Origin: Chrysomallon squamiferum
Taxonomy: Eukaryota > Animalia > Mollusca
DNA length: 64,000 nt
Direction: 5' to 3'
Assembly (NCBI GenBank): GCA_012295275.1
Contig: CM022672.1
Location: forward strand, 30,628,001-30,692,000
The notes below the pieces were generated by a model. The model saw only the letters and a program-made list of their open reading frames with translations. It did no database searches and had not been told where the DNA came from. The position numbers and the translations under genes were made by a program. This document shows positions 38,811-50,748 of the stretch, piece after piece. Each line of letters starts with the position of its first letter. The first letter of the stretch is position 1.

Positions 38811-39484
38811 CCCTTTTTGGGAAAAAAATTCAAATCAAAAATAGTTACTTATTTCTTTTTTGTGTTGATTTATTTATTTTAGCAAATGTCGATTTGTATT
38901 ACACAACCTCACTAACTGTGTCAGTGTAATATATTAAATGGTAACATCATCTAAAAAAGTAACAAAATAACCAAACAATGAAATGAAATAAAACGAAATA
39001 AAATAAATTAACAGTGAAACAGCGCAAATGACCTTATCGAACTGACTCATCAGTAATTAACAGGATAATGGGTAACGTAACGAGTACTCAGTACAGTTAC
39101 TCCGTTTGACGTAAAGGCAGGTTACGCACAGCGAACGACAAATTTCTGTAACTGACTTTAATCAATAGTTTTGTCTACTGTTTCAAATAGTTTGAAACAG
39201 AAGATAACACAAAACAATCGTAAAAATAGAGAAAGAAACATATCATTTCGTTTACTGCTCCTCTAGGTAATCTACAGAGTTGATGGTAAAGGCAAAACGT
39301 AGGCTTTCTTTTCCATTTATCGTTGACGAAGTTATTTAGAGCAATTCTCTAAACTGAAGGCAGCTAAGATTTCATGTTGCAGCAGTATCGCATTGTTAAT
39401 AATCTAAGTGAATGAGAGAAAGACGCTTTGCAGTACGGGCATTTTGAGAGGTTTTTAAGAAACTGTTTTTTTGTTTTGAATTTT

Positions 39485-39648
39485 CAGGGTTAGCGCGAAC
39501 GCAGACCCCCACACTAAAAATTACGTACTTCGAGTCGCCCGCATTTGGGGCGATCGCACGGGTCAGCCCGACCGGAGTGCAATGGAAAGGCCTCGCCCTG
39601 GGAGGACCACCTTGCGGATCATGGTGACCTCCCGTACCAGGTAAGTAT
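39485..39648 (-). ncRNA. U1: U1 snRNA (copy 14, inverted block)
   Basis: Full-length copy with single-base indels. Confidence 0.97.
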
Positions 39649-40381
39649 GCTTGAACTTGGGCGAAAACCTCTTTTATAGAAACGCCTTCGTTATTTCGCA
39701 CAGGTATCACGTTTATGAACACTATCCTAGAATAAATTCCAAATGTTTTCGGCGAGTCATTTTTGAAACAAGTGTTGGGTGACTCTCTTAAATTGCTATT
39801 TAATGGTCGTTAAAGCGCGTTGCGTGTTTCTCTCAGCTGCACCTGGTAATCGACAAAATTCATAATCGGGCTCAAACTTTTACGTTTGTCAGTGACTGAC
39901 CAGAGGCTAACGAACGAGTTATAACACAATGGCCCATTATGTATTTCTTTCACTGTGACTTTTGCGAGACGTTAATAAAAACTGTCTTAATTTTGTCCTC
40001 GTAGCTAATTCTTCGCTTGGGTTATAGATGAACAGCAAGGGCTCGAACGCACGCTGCACTGACTGAGAAGCTAAGCTTTTCTAAATATAGAAGTTATTTT
40101 TTGCACGCAGCGAACGAAAAATCGTCGGAGCTACGTTTCATAGATCGGAAGAATGCAACACGTGCACATTTATGTTAAGTTCACGCACAGTTGTGTTTAA
40201 ATATTATTCAAATGACACAGTGCAAGGCACCAGAAACAAGTATTATTAAACCTTTAAATTCTGTCATAAATTCCTATCTTCGTTATACAGTTACTTATCT
40301 TTCTAAATAATTTCAAAACGACACACCAGTGTGAAATTGCTTTCTTAAATATTTATATGATCTGCTTAACAAGTGTATGTT

Positions 40382-40570
40382 ATCGCTTCTCGGCCTTTTG
40401 GCTAAGATCAAAGTGTAGTATCTGTTCTTATCAGCTTAATATCTGATACGTCCTCCATTGGGGGACATCGATATTAAACTGATTTTTGGAACTAGGCGAA
40501 GTGTCAGGGGCTTGCTCCGCCTTTGCCACGGGTTGACCCGGTATTGCAGTACCTCCGGGAATGGCCCACT
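40382..40570 (+). ncRNA. U2: U2 snRNA (inverted block)
   Basis: Full-length copy. Confidence 0.98.
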
Positions 40571-41254
40571 CCCTTTTTGGGAAAAAATTCAAATCAAAAA
40601 TAGTTACTTATTTCTTTTGTGTTGATTTATTTATTTATTTATTTTAGCAAATGTCGATTTGTATTACACAACCTCACTAACTGTGTCAGTGTAATATATT
40701 AAATGGTAACATCATCTAAAAAAAAAAAGTAACAAAATAACCAAACAATGAAATGAAATAAAACGAAATAAAATAAATTAACAGTGAAACAGCGCAAATG
40801 ACCTTATCGAACTGACTCATCAGTAATTAACAGGATAATGGGTAACGTAACGAGTACTCAGTACAGTTACTCCGTTTGACGTAAAGGCAGGTTACGCACA
40901 GCGAACGACAAATTTCTGTAACTGACTTTAATCAATAGTTTTGTCTACTGTTTCAAATAGTTTGAAACAGAAGATAACACAAAACAATCGTAAAAATAGA
41001 GAAAGAAACATATCATTTCGTTTACTGCTCCTCTAGGTAATCTACAGAGTTGATGGTAAAGGCAAAACGTAGGCTTTCTTTTCCATTTATCGTTGACGAA
41101 GTTATTTAGAGCAATTCTCTAAACTGAAGGCAGCTAAGATTTCATGTTGCAGCAGTATCGCATTGTTAATAATCTAAGTGAATGAGAGAAAGACGCTTTG
41201 CAGTACGGGCATTTTGAGAGGTTTTTAAGAAACTGTTTTTTTGTTTTGAATTTT

Positions 41255-41419
41255 CAGGGGTTAGCGCGAACGCAGACCCCCACACTAAAAAATTACGTAC
41301 TCGAGTCGCCCGCATTTGGGGCGATCGCACGGGTCAGCCCGACCGGAGTGCAATGGAAAGGCCTCGCCCTGGGAGGACCACCTTGCGGATCATGGTGACC
41401 TCCCGTACCAGGTAAGTAT
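41255..41419 (-). ncRNA. U1: U1 snRNA (copy 15, inverted block)
   Basis: Full-length copy. Confidence 0.98.
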
Positions 41420-42149
41420 GCTTGAACTTGGGCGAAAACCTCTTTTATAGAAACGCCTTCGTTATTTCGCACAGGTATCACGTTTATGAACAATCTCCTA
41501 GAATAAATTCCAAATGTTTTCGGCGAGTCATTTGAAACAAGTGTTGGGTGACTCTCTTAAATTGCTATTTAATGGTCGTTAAAGCGCGTTGCGTGTTTCT
41601 CTCAGCTGCACCTGGTAATCGACAAAATTCATAATCGGGCTCAAACTTTTACGTTTGTCAGTGACTGACCAGAGGCTAACGAACGAGTTATAACACAATG
41701 GCCCATTATGTATTTCTTTCACTGTGACTTTTGCGAGACGTTAATAAAAACTGTCTTAATTTTGTCCTCGTAGCTAATTCTTCGCTTGGGTTATAGATGA
41801 ACAGCAAGGGCTCGAACGCACGCTGCACTGACTGAGAAGCTAAGCTTTTCTAAATATAGAAGTTATTTTTGCACGCAGCGAACGAAAAATCGTCGGAGCT
41901 ACGTTTCATAGATCGGAAGAATGCAACACGTGCACATTTATGTTAAGTTCACGCACAGTTGTGTTTAAATATTATTCAAATGACACAGTGCAAGGCACCA
42001 GAAACAAGTATTATTAAACCTTTAAATTCTGTCATAAATTCCTATCTTCGTTATACAGTTACTTATCTTTCTAAATAATTTCAAAACGACACACCAGTGT
42101 GAAATTGCTTTCTTAAATATTTATATGATCTGCTTAACAAGTGTATGTT

Positions 42150-42338
42150 ATCGCTTCTCGGCCTTTTGGCTAAGATCAAAGTGTAGTATCTGTTCTTATC
42201 AGCTTAATATCTGATACGTCCTCCATTGGGGGACATCGATATTAAACTGATTTTTGGAACTAGGCGAAGTGTCAGGGGCTTGCTCCGCCTTTGCCACGGG
42301 TTGACCCGGTATTGCAGTACCTCCGGGAATGGCCCACT
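42150..42338 (+). ncRNA. U2: U2 snRNA (inverted block)
   Basis: Full-length copy. Confidence 0.98.
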
Positions 42339-43017
42339 CCCTTTTTGGGAAAAAATTCAAATCAAAAATAGTTACTTATTTCTTTTTTGATTTATTTATT
42401 TGATTTATTTATTTTAGCAAATGTCGATTTGTATTACACAACCTCACTAACTGTGTCAGTGTAATATATTAAATGGTAACATCATCTAAAAAAGTAACAA
42501 AATAACCAAACAATGAAATGAAATAAAACGAAATAAAATAAATTAACAGTGAAACAGCGCAAATGACCTTATCGAACTGACTCATCAGTAATTAACAGGA
42601 TAATGGGTAACGTAACGAGTACTCAGTACAGTTACTCCGTTTGACGTAAAGGCAGGTTACGCACAGCGAACGACAAATTTCTGTAACTGACTTTAATCAA
42701 TAGTTTTGTCTACTGTTTCAAATAGTTTGAAACAGAAGATAACACAAAACAATCGTAAAAATAGAGAAAGAAACATATCATTTCGTTTACTGCTCCTCTA
42801 GGTAATCTACAGAGTTGATGGTAAAGGCAAAACGTAGGCTTTCTTTTCCATTTATCGTTGACGAAGTTATTTAGAGCAATTCTCTAAACTGAAGGCAGCT
42901 AAGATTTCATGTTGCAGCAGTATCGCATTGTTAATAATCTAAGTGAATGAGAGAAAGACGCTTTGCAGTACGGGCATTTTGAGAGGTTTTTAAGAAACTG
43001 TTTTTGTTTTGAATTTT

Positions 43018-43182
43018 CAGGGGTTAGCGCGAACGCAGACCCCCACACTAAAAAATTACGTACTCGAGTCGCCCGCATTTGGGGCGATCGCACGGGTCAG
43101 CCCGACCGGAGTGCAATGGAAAGGCCTCGCCCTGGGAGGACCACCTTGCGGATCATGGTGACCTCCCGTACCAGGTAAGTAT
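43018..43182 (-). ncRNA. U1: U1 snRNA (copy 16, inverted block)
   Basis: Full-length copy. Confidence 0.98.
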
Positions 43183-43685
43183 GCTTGAACTTGGGCGAAA
43201 ACCTCTTTTATAGAAACGCCTTCGTTATTTCGCACAGGTATCACGTTTATGAACACTATCCTAGAATAAATTCCAAATGTTTTCGGCGAGTCATTTGAAA
43301 CAAGTGTTGGGTGACTCTCTTAAATTGCTATTTAATGGTCGTTAAAGCGCGTTGCGTGTTTCTCTCAGCTGCACCTGGTAATCGACAAAATTCATAATCG
43401 GGCTCAAACTTTTACGTTTGTCAGTGACTGACCAGAGGCTAACGAACGAGTTATAACACAATGGCCCATTATGTATTTCTTTCACTGTGACTTTTGCGAG
43501 ACGTTAATAAAAACTGTCTTAATTTTGTCCTCGTAGCTAATTCTTCGCTTGGGTTATAGATGAACAGCAAGGGCTCGAACGCACGCTGCACTGACTGAGA
43601 AGCTAAGCTTTTCTAAATATAGAAGTTATTTTTTGCACGCAGCGAACGAAAAATCGTCGGAGCTACGTTTCATAGATCGGAAGAA

Positions 43686-44146
43686 TGCAACACGTGCACA
43701 TTTATGTTAAGTTCACGCACAGTTGTGTTTAAATATTATTCAAATGACACAGTGCAAGGCACCAGAAACAAGTATTATTAAACCTTTAAATTCTGTCATA
43801 AATTCCTATCTTCGTTATACAGTTACTTATCTTTCTAAATAATTTCAAAACGACACACCAGTGTGAAATTGCTTTCTTAAATATTTATATGATCTGCTTA
43901 ACAAGTGTATGTTATCGCTTCTCGGCCTTATTAAGCAGATCATATAAATATTTAAGAAAGCAATTTCTCACTGGTGTGTCATTTTAAAATGATTTAGAAA
44001 GATAAGTAACTGTCCAATGAAGATAGGAATTTATGACAGAATTTAAAGGTTTAATAATACTTGTTTCTGGTGCCTTGGACTGTGTCATTTGAATAATATT
44101 TAAACAGAACTGTGCGTGAACATAACATAAATGTGCACATATTGCA
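43686..44146. repeat. Fold-back inverted repeat of the U2 promoter (arms 43686-43901 and 43931-44146) around a 16-nt U2 5' stub (43914-43929)
   Basis: The right arm is the reverse complement of the left arm with about a dozen substitutions. Confidence 0.9.
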
Positions 44147-44569
44147 CATTTCTCACGAGACCTGAAGCGGGACATCATATTATGATAAACATTATTACAT
44201 GCAACTGTATATAAATATACAAATTTGTATATATGAATTATAGAAAACAATTGTTAGTATTATAAAATGATGAGGTACTGTTTACATTAATTCATTCCTA
44301 ATCTTGATACAAAAGTATACAAGCAAATCATGACATATTGTCAAGTTTCAAAGAGTTTTTATACTTCATTATTAAAACTGGACAGCAAGAAAAAAATGTG
44401 AAATGTAAATTTTCAGCAAAGGTACTCTTTAAATACGAACAAAGATTTTGGTTGTACATTCCTGACAAAGGTAACTATTATTTCTGATTACTAATGTACA
44501 GTGATAGATTAATGGTGGCAACATATATAAATAATCACAAAACACGTCTTACTTAAATATATATAAATG

Positions 44570-44680
<111 letters not shown>

Positions 44681-46844
44681 TCTTGTTTTTGTTTAAGTAA
44701 TTATGTTAAAAACATCATACTCTTGATTAAAATCTTATTACTGTTTGGGTAATTTCAGTAGGACTGAATACAATAACAAGTGATTTAAAGAACCCTGTAA
44801 AAGTAACCTTTCGAAATTGCCATTGATGAGTCAAAGATTTTAATTATTCTAATTTGGTTTTTCATGCCACAAGATAATGTGGTGATAGAAATTAAAACTG
44901 AAGGGTGAAACTAATGACAGAAACTGCAATAGTTCTTCTTTATATGAATAATTAAACGAATGAGAATTTGTATGAAGATATTACAAGAATTTTATTACTC
45001 ACAACTGATGTCAGACTTAATTTTTGAACATAATGTTGATCTGAAAGAAACGACACAGAGCTCTGATAGAAATGGGAAAATAACCCAAATATCATAGTAA
45101 GGTGAAGTCATCCTGGAATTGTTATGCTCAACTTTACATGTCCACAAGATGTTTACCCGAATATTAAAACAGAATTTTAAATATTTCCAACGATATCTCT
45201 TTTTCATCAAGAGTAACTTAATACGAAGCAAATATTTGATATAATAACAGATGTCTTCAGTTAATTAAATTTGTGTATTGATTTCATTTTGAGTGTTCTG
45301 TGTGTCAGTGTTTTTAAATGTGTACATTCAACAGATCCAAACAATCCGGAATCCGAAGGTAAATTATACTTTTACTTTTAGCTAAAATTATTTATTTTAC
45401 TTTCGTTGTTTGTTTAATATTTTTAATTATTTTAATTAATTTATTTTTATTTTTTATTTATTTGAAGTGGCTATGTTTATCCTTTTTTCAAAGATGTTGG
45501 AAGACATTTCAAAGGCTGTTGTATTTTCTTTTGTGACCAGATTTCATCTTTATGTATGTGTGTGAGTATTGGTTTGTCTCTGTATATCTATATTTTCTTT
45601 CTGTTTTTCTCATAGATGAAATGGTTTATCTTTACTCTAGCTTCTCTAGACAATATGATATAGTCTTGGAAAATCTTCAAATATATAGCATTAATCAACT
45701 CTTGTTTTACTTAAGGCAGTGGTATTTAATAGTTGCATTTACTTGTGCTTTTTTAGGAGGAAAATCCAGTAGACTGAACTTTTATTTAATGTCTGCCTTT
45801 TTTTTTTTTTTGTCAGTTGATGATAAAAAAAAGAAGACGAAAAGAACAGAAAATAATTCAATCACCACTTTTCGCTGAATAACCATGAATAATCCTTTAA
45901 ATGCTTTACATTTTTGTTGTTAGAAAAACATATACCAGTGTATTTGATAAGTATGTCATGAGGTACTTGAAGAAATGGGAAATAGCCCTGTGTGTAAATT
46001 GACGTTCTTACTTCCTAAGACATAATATGAGCTGAAATTTGCATTTGTTATAAACTTCAATATCTTATTTATGATTAGTTGATGGTGGCTGGAGTAGCTG
46101 GTCTTCCTGGGTTGACATCAGTGACTGTTCTAGGCCATGTGGACCTGGAATCAAACATTATATAAAAATTATATAGAGCATATCCTTTGGTTCATTTGGT
46201 GGGCCACATTCTTTGAAAACCTTATATAACTTGTAAAATTTTTTCTCGTAATTAATAAACGAGTACATGGGAGTGTGTCTCTACACGTATATGGTGTGTA
46301 GGTAGGTAGGAAGGCAGGTAGGTAGGTTAGTACGTGTGTGTATATACGTGCTGTGTATGTTTATACATTATATTAATGTGCACATGTATGTGTGTATATT
46401 AATAAAAGTTTTAGTTTGAATGTATATATTTATACATATGCAATTATATATGTAAATATTAAAGCAAGCATGTACAACGCAAATAAATATATTTGTAATT
46501 ATGAATGATAGGAAATCTCTGAGTAAAAGTATATATTAATGTATAGATATGTAAGTAGATAAATAGATATGATAGGAGGAAAATATATAGCTACATAAAT
46601 ATGTAAGGATTAATTTAGTAAATAACTATATAATTGTTAAATAAATATATAACTGAATATGTAAGTTTATAAATAAATTAATAAATATAAAAGAAGGCCT
46701 GTTCATATATGAATTAGTAGAGAAGAATCTATTAAATATATAAGTAATGAAATCAGTGACCCTAAAATGAGCTGTCAACAGAATAGTCTTTTCTTGGCTT
46801 CTGATTCTTCACTTGTAAATTCTAGCATACTCTTTATTTTGCAG

Positions 46845-47033
46845 TGGATGGTGGGTGGGCATCTTGGTCAGATTGGTCATACGATGAATGCAGCAAATCG
46901 TGTGGAGGTGGATTTCAAGTGGGAATCAGGAGCAGAAATTGCACTAATCCAGTGCCTGCCTATAGTGGACATTGGTGCAATGGATCTAACACTGAAAACC
47001 AAAAATCCAGCTGTAATCTGCAAGCGTGTCCAA
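46845..47033 (+). CDS. Intact phase 1-1 TSP1 exon
   Basis: cag|VDGGWASWSDWSYDECSKSCGGGFQVGIRSRNCTNPVPAYSGHWCNGSNTENQKSSCNLQACP|gt, 189 nt with six Cys. Confidence 0.75.
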
Positions 47034-47922
47034 GTAATTAAATTTACAGTTATCCATTATTTTCAATAGACAGCACTTTTCAAAAATGAAGTGTTGAAGT
47101 TGATAAGCATAAAACGTATTAACTATTAATTATTTAGTTGATAACAATTTGTGATATGTCTTTTGAATAAGTTCAAAACAGATGTTTTAAACTAAATTAT
47201 CATTTTTCTTATAGTTCAGTTAAAATCAAACTGTTATTTTTGCCATCACTTAGCTGCCATTAAGATTTTGGATGATTAAGTCTCTAAAAATACAAAATGA
47301 AATAGACTGAACTGGGGATCAACAATAGTTTACATCTACGTTTTAATTTCACTTGTTTTCAATGCAGTGACCAGATATAAATACAAATTTATATTATTAA
47401 CAGTTGATGGTGGTTGGAGTACTTGGTCGGAATGGAAGAATGTTACCGAATGTTCAAAACTGTGTGGAACAGGATACGAAAACCAGTCAAGAAACAGAAC
47501 ATGTGACAAATGGTGGAAAGTCATGTGAAGGAGAAACAACTGAAGTGAAAACTGTTCCCTGTAATACAGAGCCATGTGGTTCTGGTTAGTAATTAATGAA
47601 GATAGAAAAATTAAATCTGAGTGTAAAACTTTAATAGCTAACATGGTCATAATCAGAAATGTTTTGATAATTTCATTATATACGTACACACATACATACA
47701 TACATACATAACTCAGTGTTCTGTTTCATTTCTTAATATTAAACAATAATTTTAATATTCTTAAGTCAGTATAAATTAAACAGTCCGAGAGTATTAAAAC
47801 AGTAGAATTTTGTATTTGTAGAACTCAGTAATATAAATTAACAAAATACTTGTCAGTGATTGACATAGGGCTGATGAGTGTGTCTATTACAGGCTTTTAT
47901 TGCTTACATTCATCCTTTTCAG

Positions 47923-48074
47923 ATGGCTGTCCTAAAGTAGGAGTTGTCTTCATTGCTGGAAAGACTTGTGGTCATTTCGTCCTGTGTTTCAAAGATGTGG
48001 GTTACAAGATTTTTTGTCCATCAGGAACTGTCTGGGACACCACAAAATCAGCTTGTTCAGTTGGTAAATGCTAA
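47923..48074 (+). CDS. Terminal exon encoding a chitin-binding type-2 (ChtBD2/CBM14) domain
   Basis: tttcag|DGCPKVGVVFIAGKTCGHFVLCFKDVGYKIFCPSGTVWDTTKSACSVGKC*. Cys spacing is C-x12-C-x5-C-x9-C-x12-C-x4-C with a CPxGxxWD motif. Confidence 0.75.
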
Positions 48075-49623
48075 TTTGTGTCAGAGCTATTTCATATATA
48101 AGTCGATCAAAAGAAAATAATAATATAAGATTAATACAGCTTGACATTTGTTATGTATGTATGTATATTTTGTGCTTTATTTTCATTATTATGATATTAT
48201 TATAGATATTTTCCATGGTTAATGAATTAGCAAATCTGTAGCACTTTTTCAACATTATTTTAACAAGAATATTTCTCACTTCTGTGGATCAAATTAATAT
48301 TTTGATATAAAGTTTAATATTTATAATTTTTATTATATTGAAGAGATATGTTTTGAAAATTAGGTAGTAATCTCACTGAACATGAAGTAGAATAATAATC
48401 TATTTAGTATTAAGTAGTAAAATAATCCTCTCTTCATATTCTTCATGTGAGGTGAATTGTTCAACATCAGTCAAGTTTCGTCAGCTCAATCAAGATTTTG
48501 TGTATTGTGATTTGGAAAAGATGATACAGGTTCAAATAGTAATTAGAAAAAAAAATAACAAGAACATTTTTAGTTATAGGTAATTCAACAATTTGATCAT
48601 ACAAGGTTAATTTGAATGAATCGAAAGCTCTGTGAAGTAATTAAACCACCAAAGTTACATGTTATTATGGACAATCTTTCCTCACGATTTAATTCTGTTT
48701 TTAAGTGAATGCTAATTTAATTATATATATCAGATATGTAAACGAAGGTTAATTAAATATATAGACCTTTAGAAATATTTTAAATTCCTCATTCACATAA
48801 ATCCGAAGTTAAAATAAAACTGCCTGTGAATATATCTATAAATCTAGTCTGACATAAATCGAAAAACAGATTTTATTGTTTATGTTTATATGTTTAAATT
48901 ATGATTTACAAGAACTACTACTCTGAATCAAAATGGATATTGCACTATATATAAATATAGACAGATAAATAGATTGCTACATATAATTATTAATGTAGGT
49001 AAATTCAAATTATGAATTACGGGAACTGTAACTCTGAATCAAAATTAGTACTTTACTAGTATTTGAATTGGAACATTATTAATAAGATCTCTCAGTTGAA
49101 GTGGATGACATTTACACAATAAGTGGAAAGTTAAGAGAAGAATACAATATTTGGATTAGCTTTTATCACAAACCTGTTTCCAACAGAAAAAAAGACATAT
49201 AGAACCACTGAGGCCAAAAAAAACAAGAAAAGAAAAGAAAAGAAACACAAATAAGATTTATTTTAAAAAAGAATAAAATAAGATAGAAAAAGACAATTAA
49301 ATAAACAAATAAAATGAATAAAAATATAAAGATAATAATACATAAATATAATATTAACCATGTTTACTTTTATTTTTAAAATCTACATCTAGAAGGCTCC
49401 CTGTTTTTTACTTTTATAAGCACCATCATCCCAAAAATCCTAAAACACATAATTAAATTAATAATGAAACGACTTCGTGTCGAGTTAAAGAAAGAGAAAA
49501 AAACGAAACATGTTGACATTTCTAATAATGTAACTCACTAAATTAAAAGTGGTATATTAATTATTGCTTCAAACATTTTTAAGTGAAAATGACTTAATTT
49601 CATTTCAGTAATATAATAACATT

Positions 49624-49671
<48 letters not shown>

Positions 49672-50073
49672 CATAATCATAATCATAATCATAATCATAA
49701 TCATAATAATCATAATAAAATAATGTCAATAATAATAATAATAACAATGACAAATATAAAAACAATATTAATAACAATACCAATATTATAAAATTATTAA
49801 TAATGAGAAAAATAACAACAACAACACTAATAAAAATAACAATAAATAAATAATGTACAGAAATTCACACATATACTGACGAACACAATGGGACTCACGC
49901 ACACACGCATATACTGTGTTTGTTGTGCATTCGTGTCTGAATGTAGAGAAATCATGGATTTATAAAAAGCAATCAGTGACTGTTCAAACAAAGAATGTCT
50001 CAACAATTTAATTATTTACTAAGAAGTGTATCATCTTTACATCGACAATCTGATTTAAACTCGAGGCTGCATT

Positions 50074-50117
<44 letters not shown>

Positions 50118-50299
50118 CATACATACATCAACACACACACACACACCTAGACACACACCTAGACACACACACACATTATTTCTCAATTCACTCTTAGGAG
50201 TAGTAGATTCCCGAATATTTATTTCATTGTTTAATAATCTGTAAATCAAAAGATGTACATACAAATATTAATACATATGCATATATATCTCAGAAACTT

Positions 50300-50303
<4 letters not shown>

Positions 50304-50359
<56 letters not shown>

Positions 50360-50748
50360 TAGATATAGAGAGAGAGATATATATATAGAGAGAGAGATAT
50401 ATATATAGAGAGAGATATATATATATAGAGAGAGAGATATATATATATATAGAGAGAGATATATATATATATATAGAGAGATATATATATATATAGAGAG
50501 AGATATATATATATAGAGAGAGAGATATATATATATAGAGAGAGAGATATATATATAGAGAGAGAGATATATATATAGAGAGAGATATATATATATAGAG
50601 AGAGAGATATATATATATATATAGAGAAAGATATATATATATATAGAGAGAGAGATATATATATATAGAGAGAGAGAGATATATAGAGAGAGATATAGAG
50701 AGAGAGATATATAGAGAGAGATATAGAGAGAGAGATATAGAGAGATAG
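50304..50748. repeat. Compound (GA)n(TA)n microsatellite
   Basis: Alternating short GA and TA runs over ~440 bp. Confidence 0.97.

Larger units (their letters stand above)
15773..44146. repeat. Tandem array of a ~1.76-kb divergent U2/U1 snRNA cassette; forward block 15773-~36413, inverted block ~36422-43929
   Basis: The unit recurs every ~1750-1780 bp: U2 (189 nt), ~730-bp shared upstream region, U1 (~165 nt), ~680-bp tail-to-tail spacer. Confidence 0.98.
45616..48074 (+). pseudogene. TSP1 x3 plus chitin-binding type-2 (CBM14/peritrophin-A) secreted protein gene, disabled paralog
   Basis: The signal exon at 45616 (MKWFIFTLASLDNMI*) is truncated. The TSP1 exon from 46079 hits TAG at 46174. 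TSP1 exon 46845-47033 is intact. TSP1 exon 47404-47584 has a 14-nt frameshifting deletion. The last exon 47923-48074 is intact. Confidence 0.75.

Noticed and set aside
16664-43256. Recurrent 65-108 aa ORFs (MFINVIPVRN..., MQYGHFERF..., MGDIDIKL...)
   Set aside because: They are translations across U1/U2 RNA genes and promoters, start at non-ATG codons and are broken by indels between copies.
15773-43929. CRISPR-like or prokaryotic defence array interpretation
   Set aside because: The units are 1.76-kb near-identical eukaryotic snRNA cassettes with no variable spacers or cas genes; the window has spliceosomal introns.
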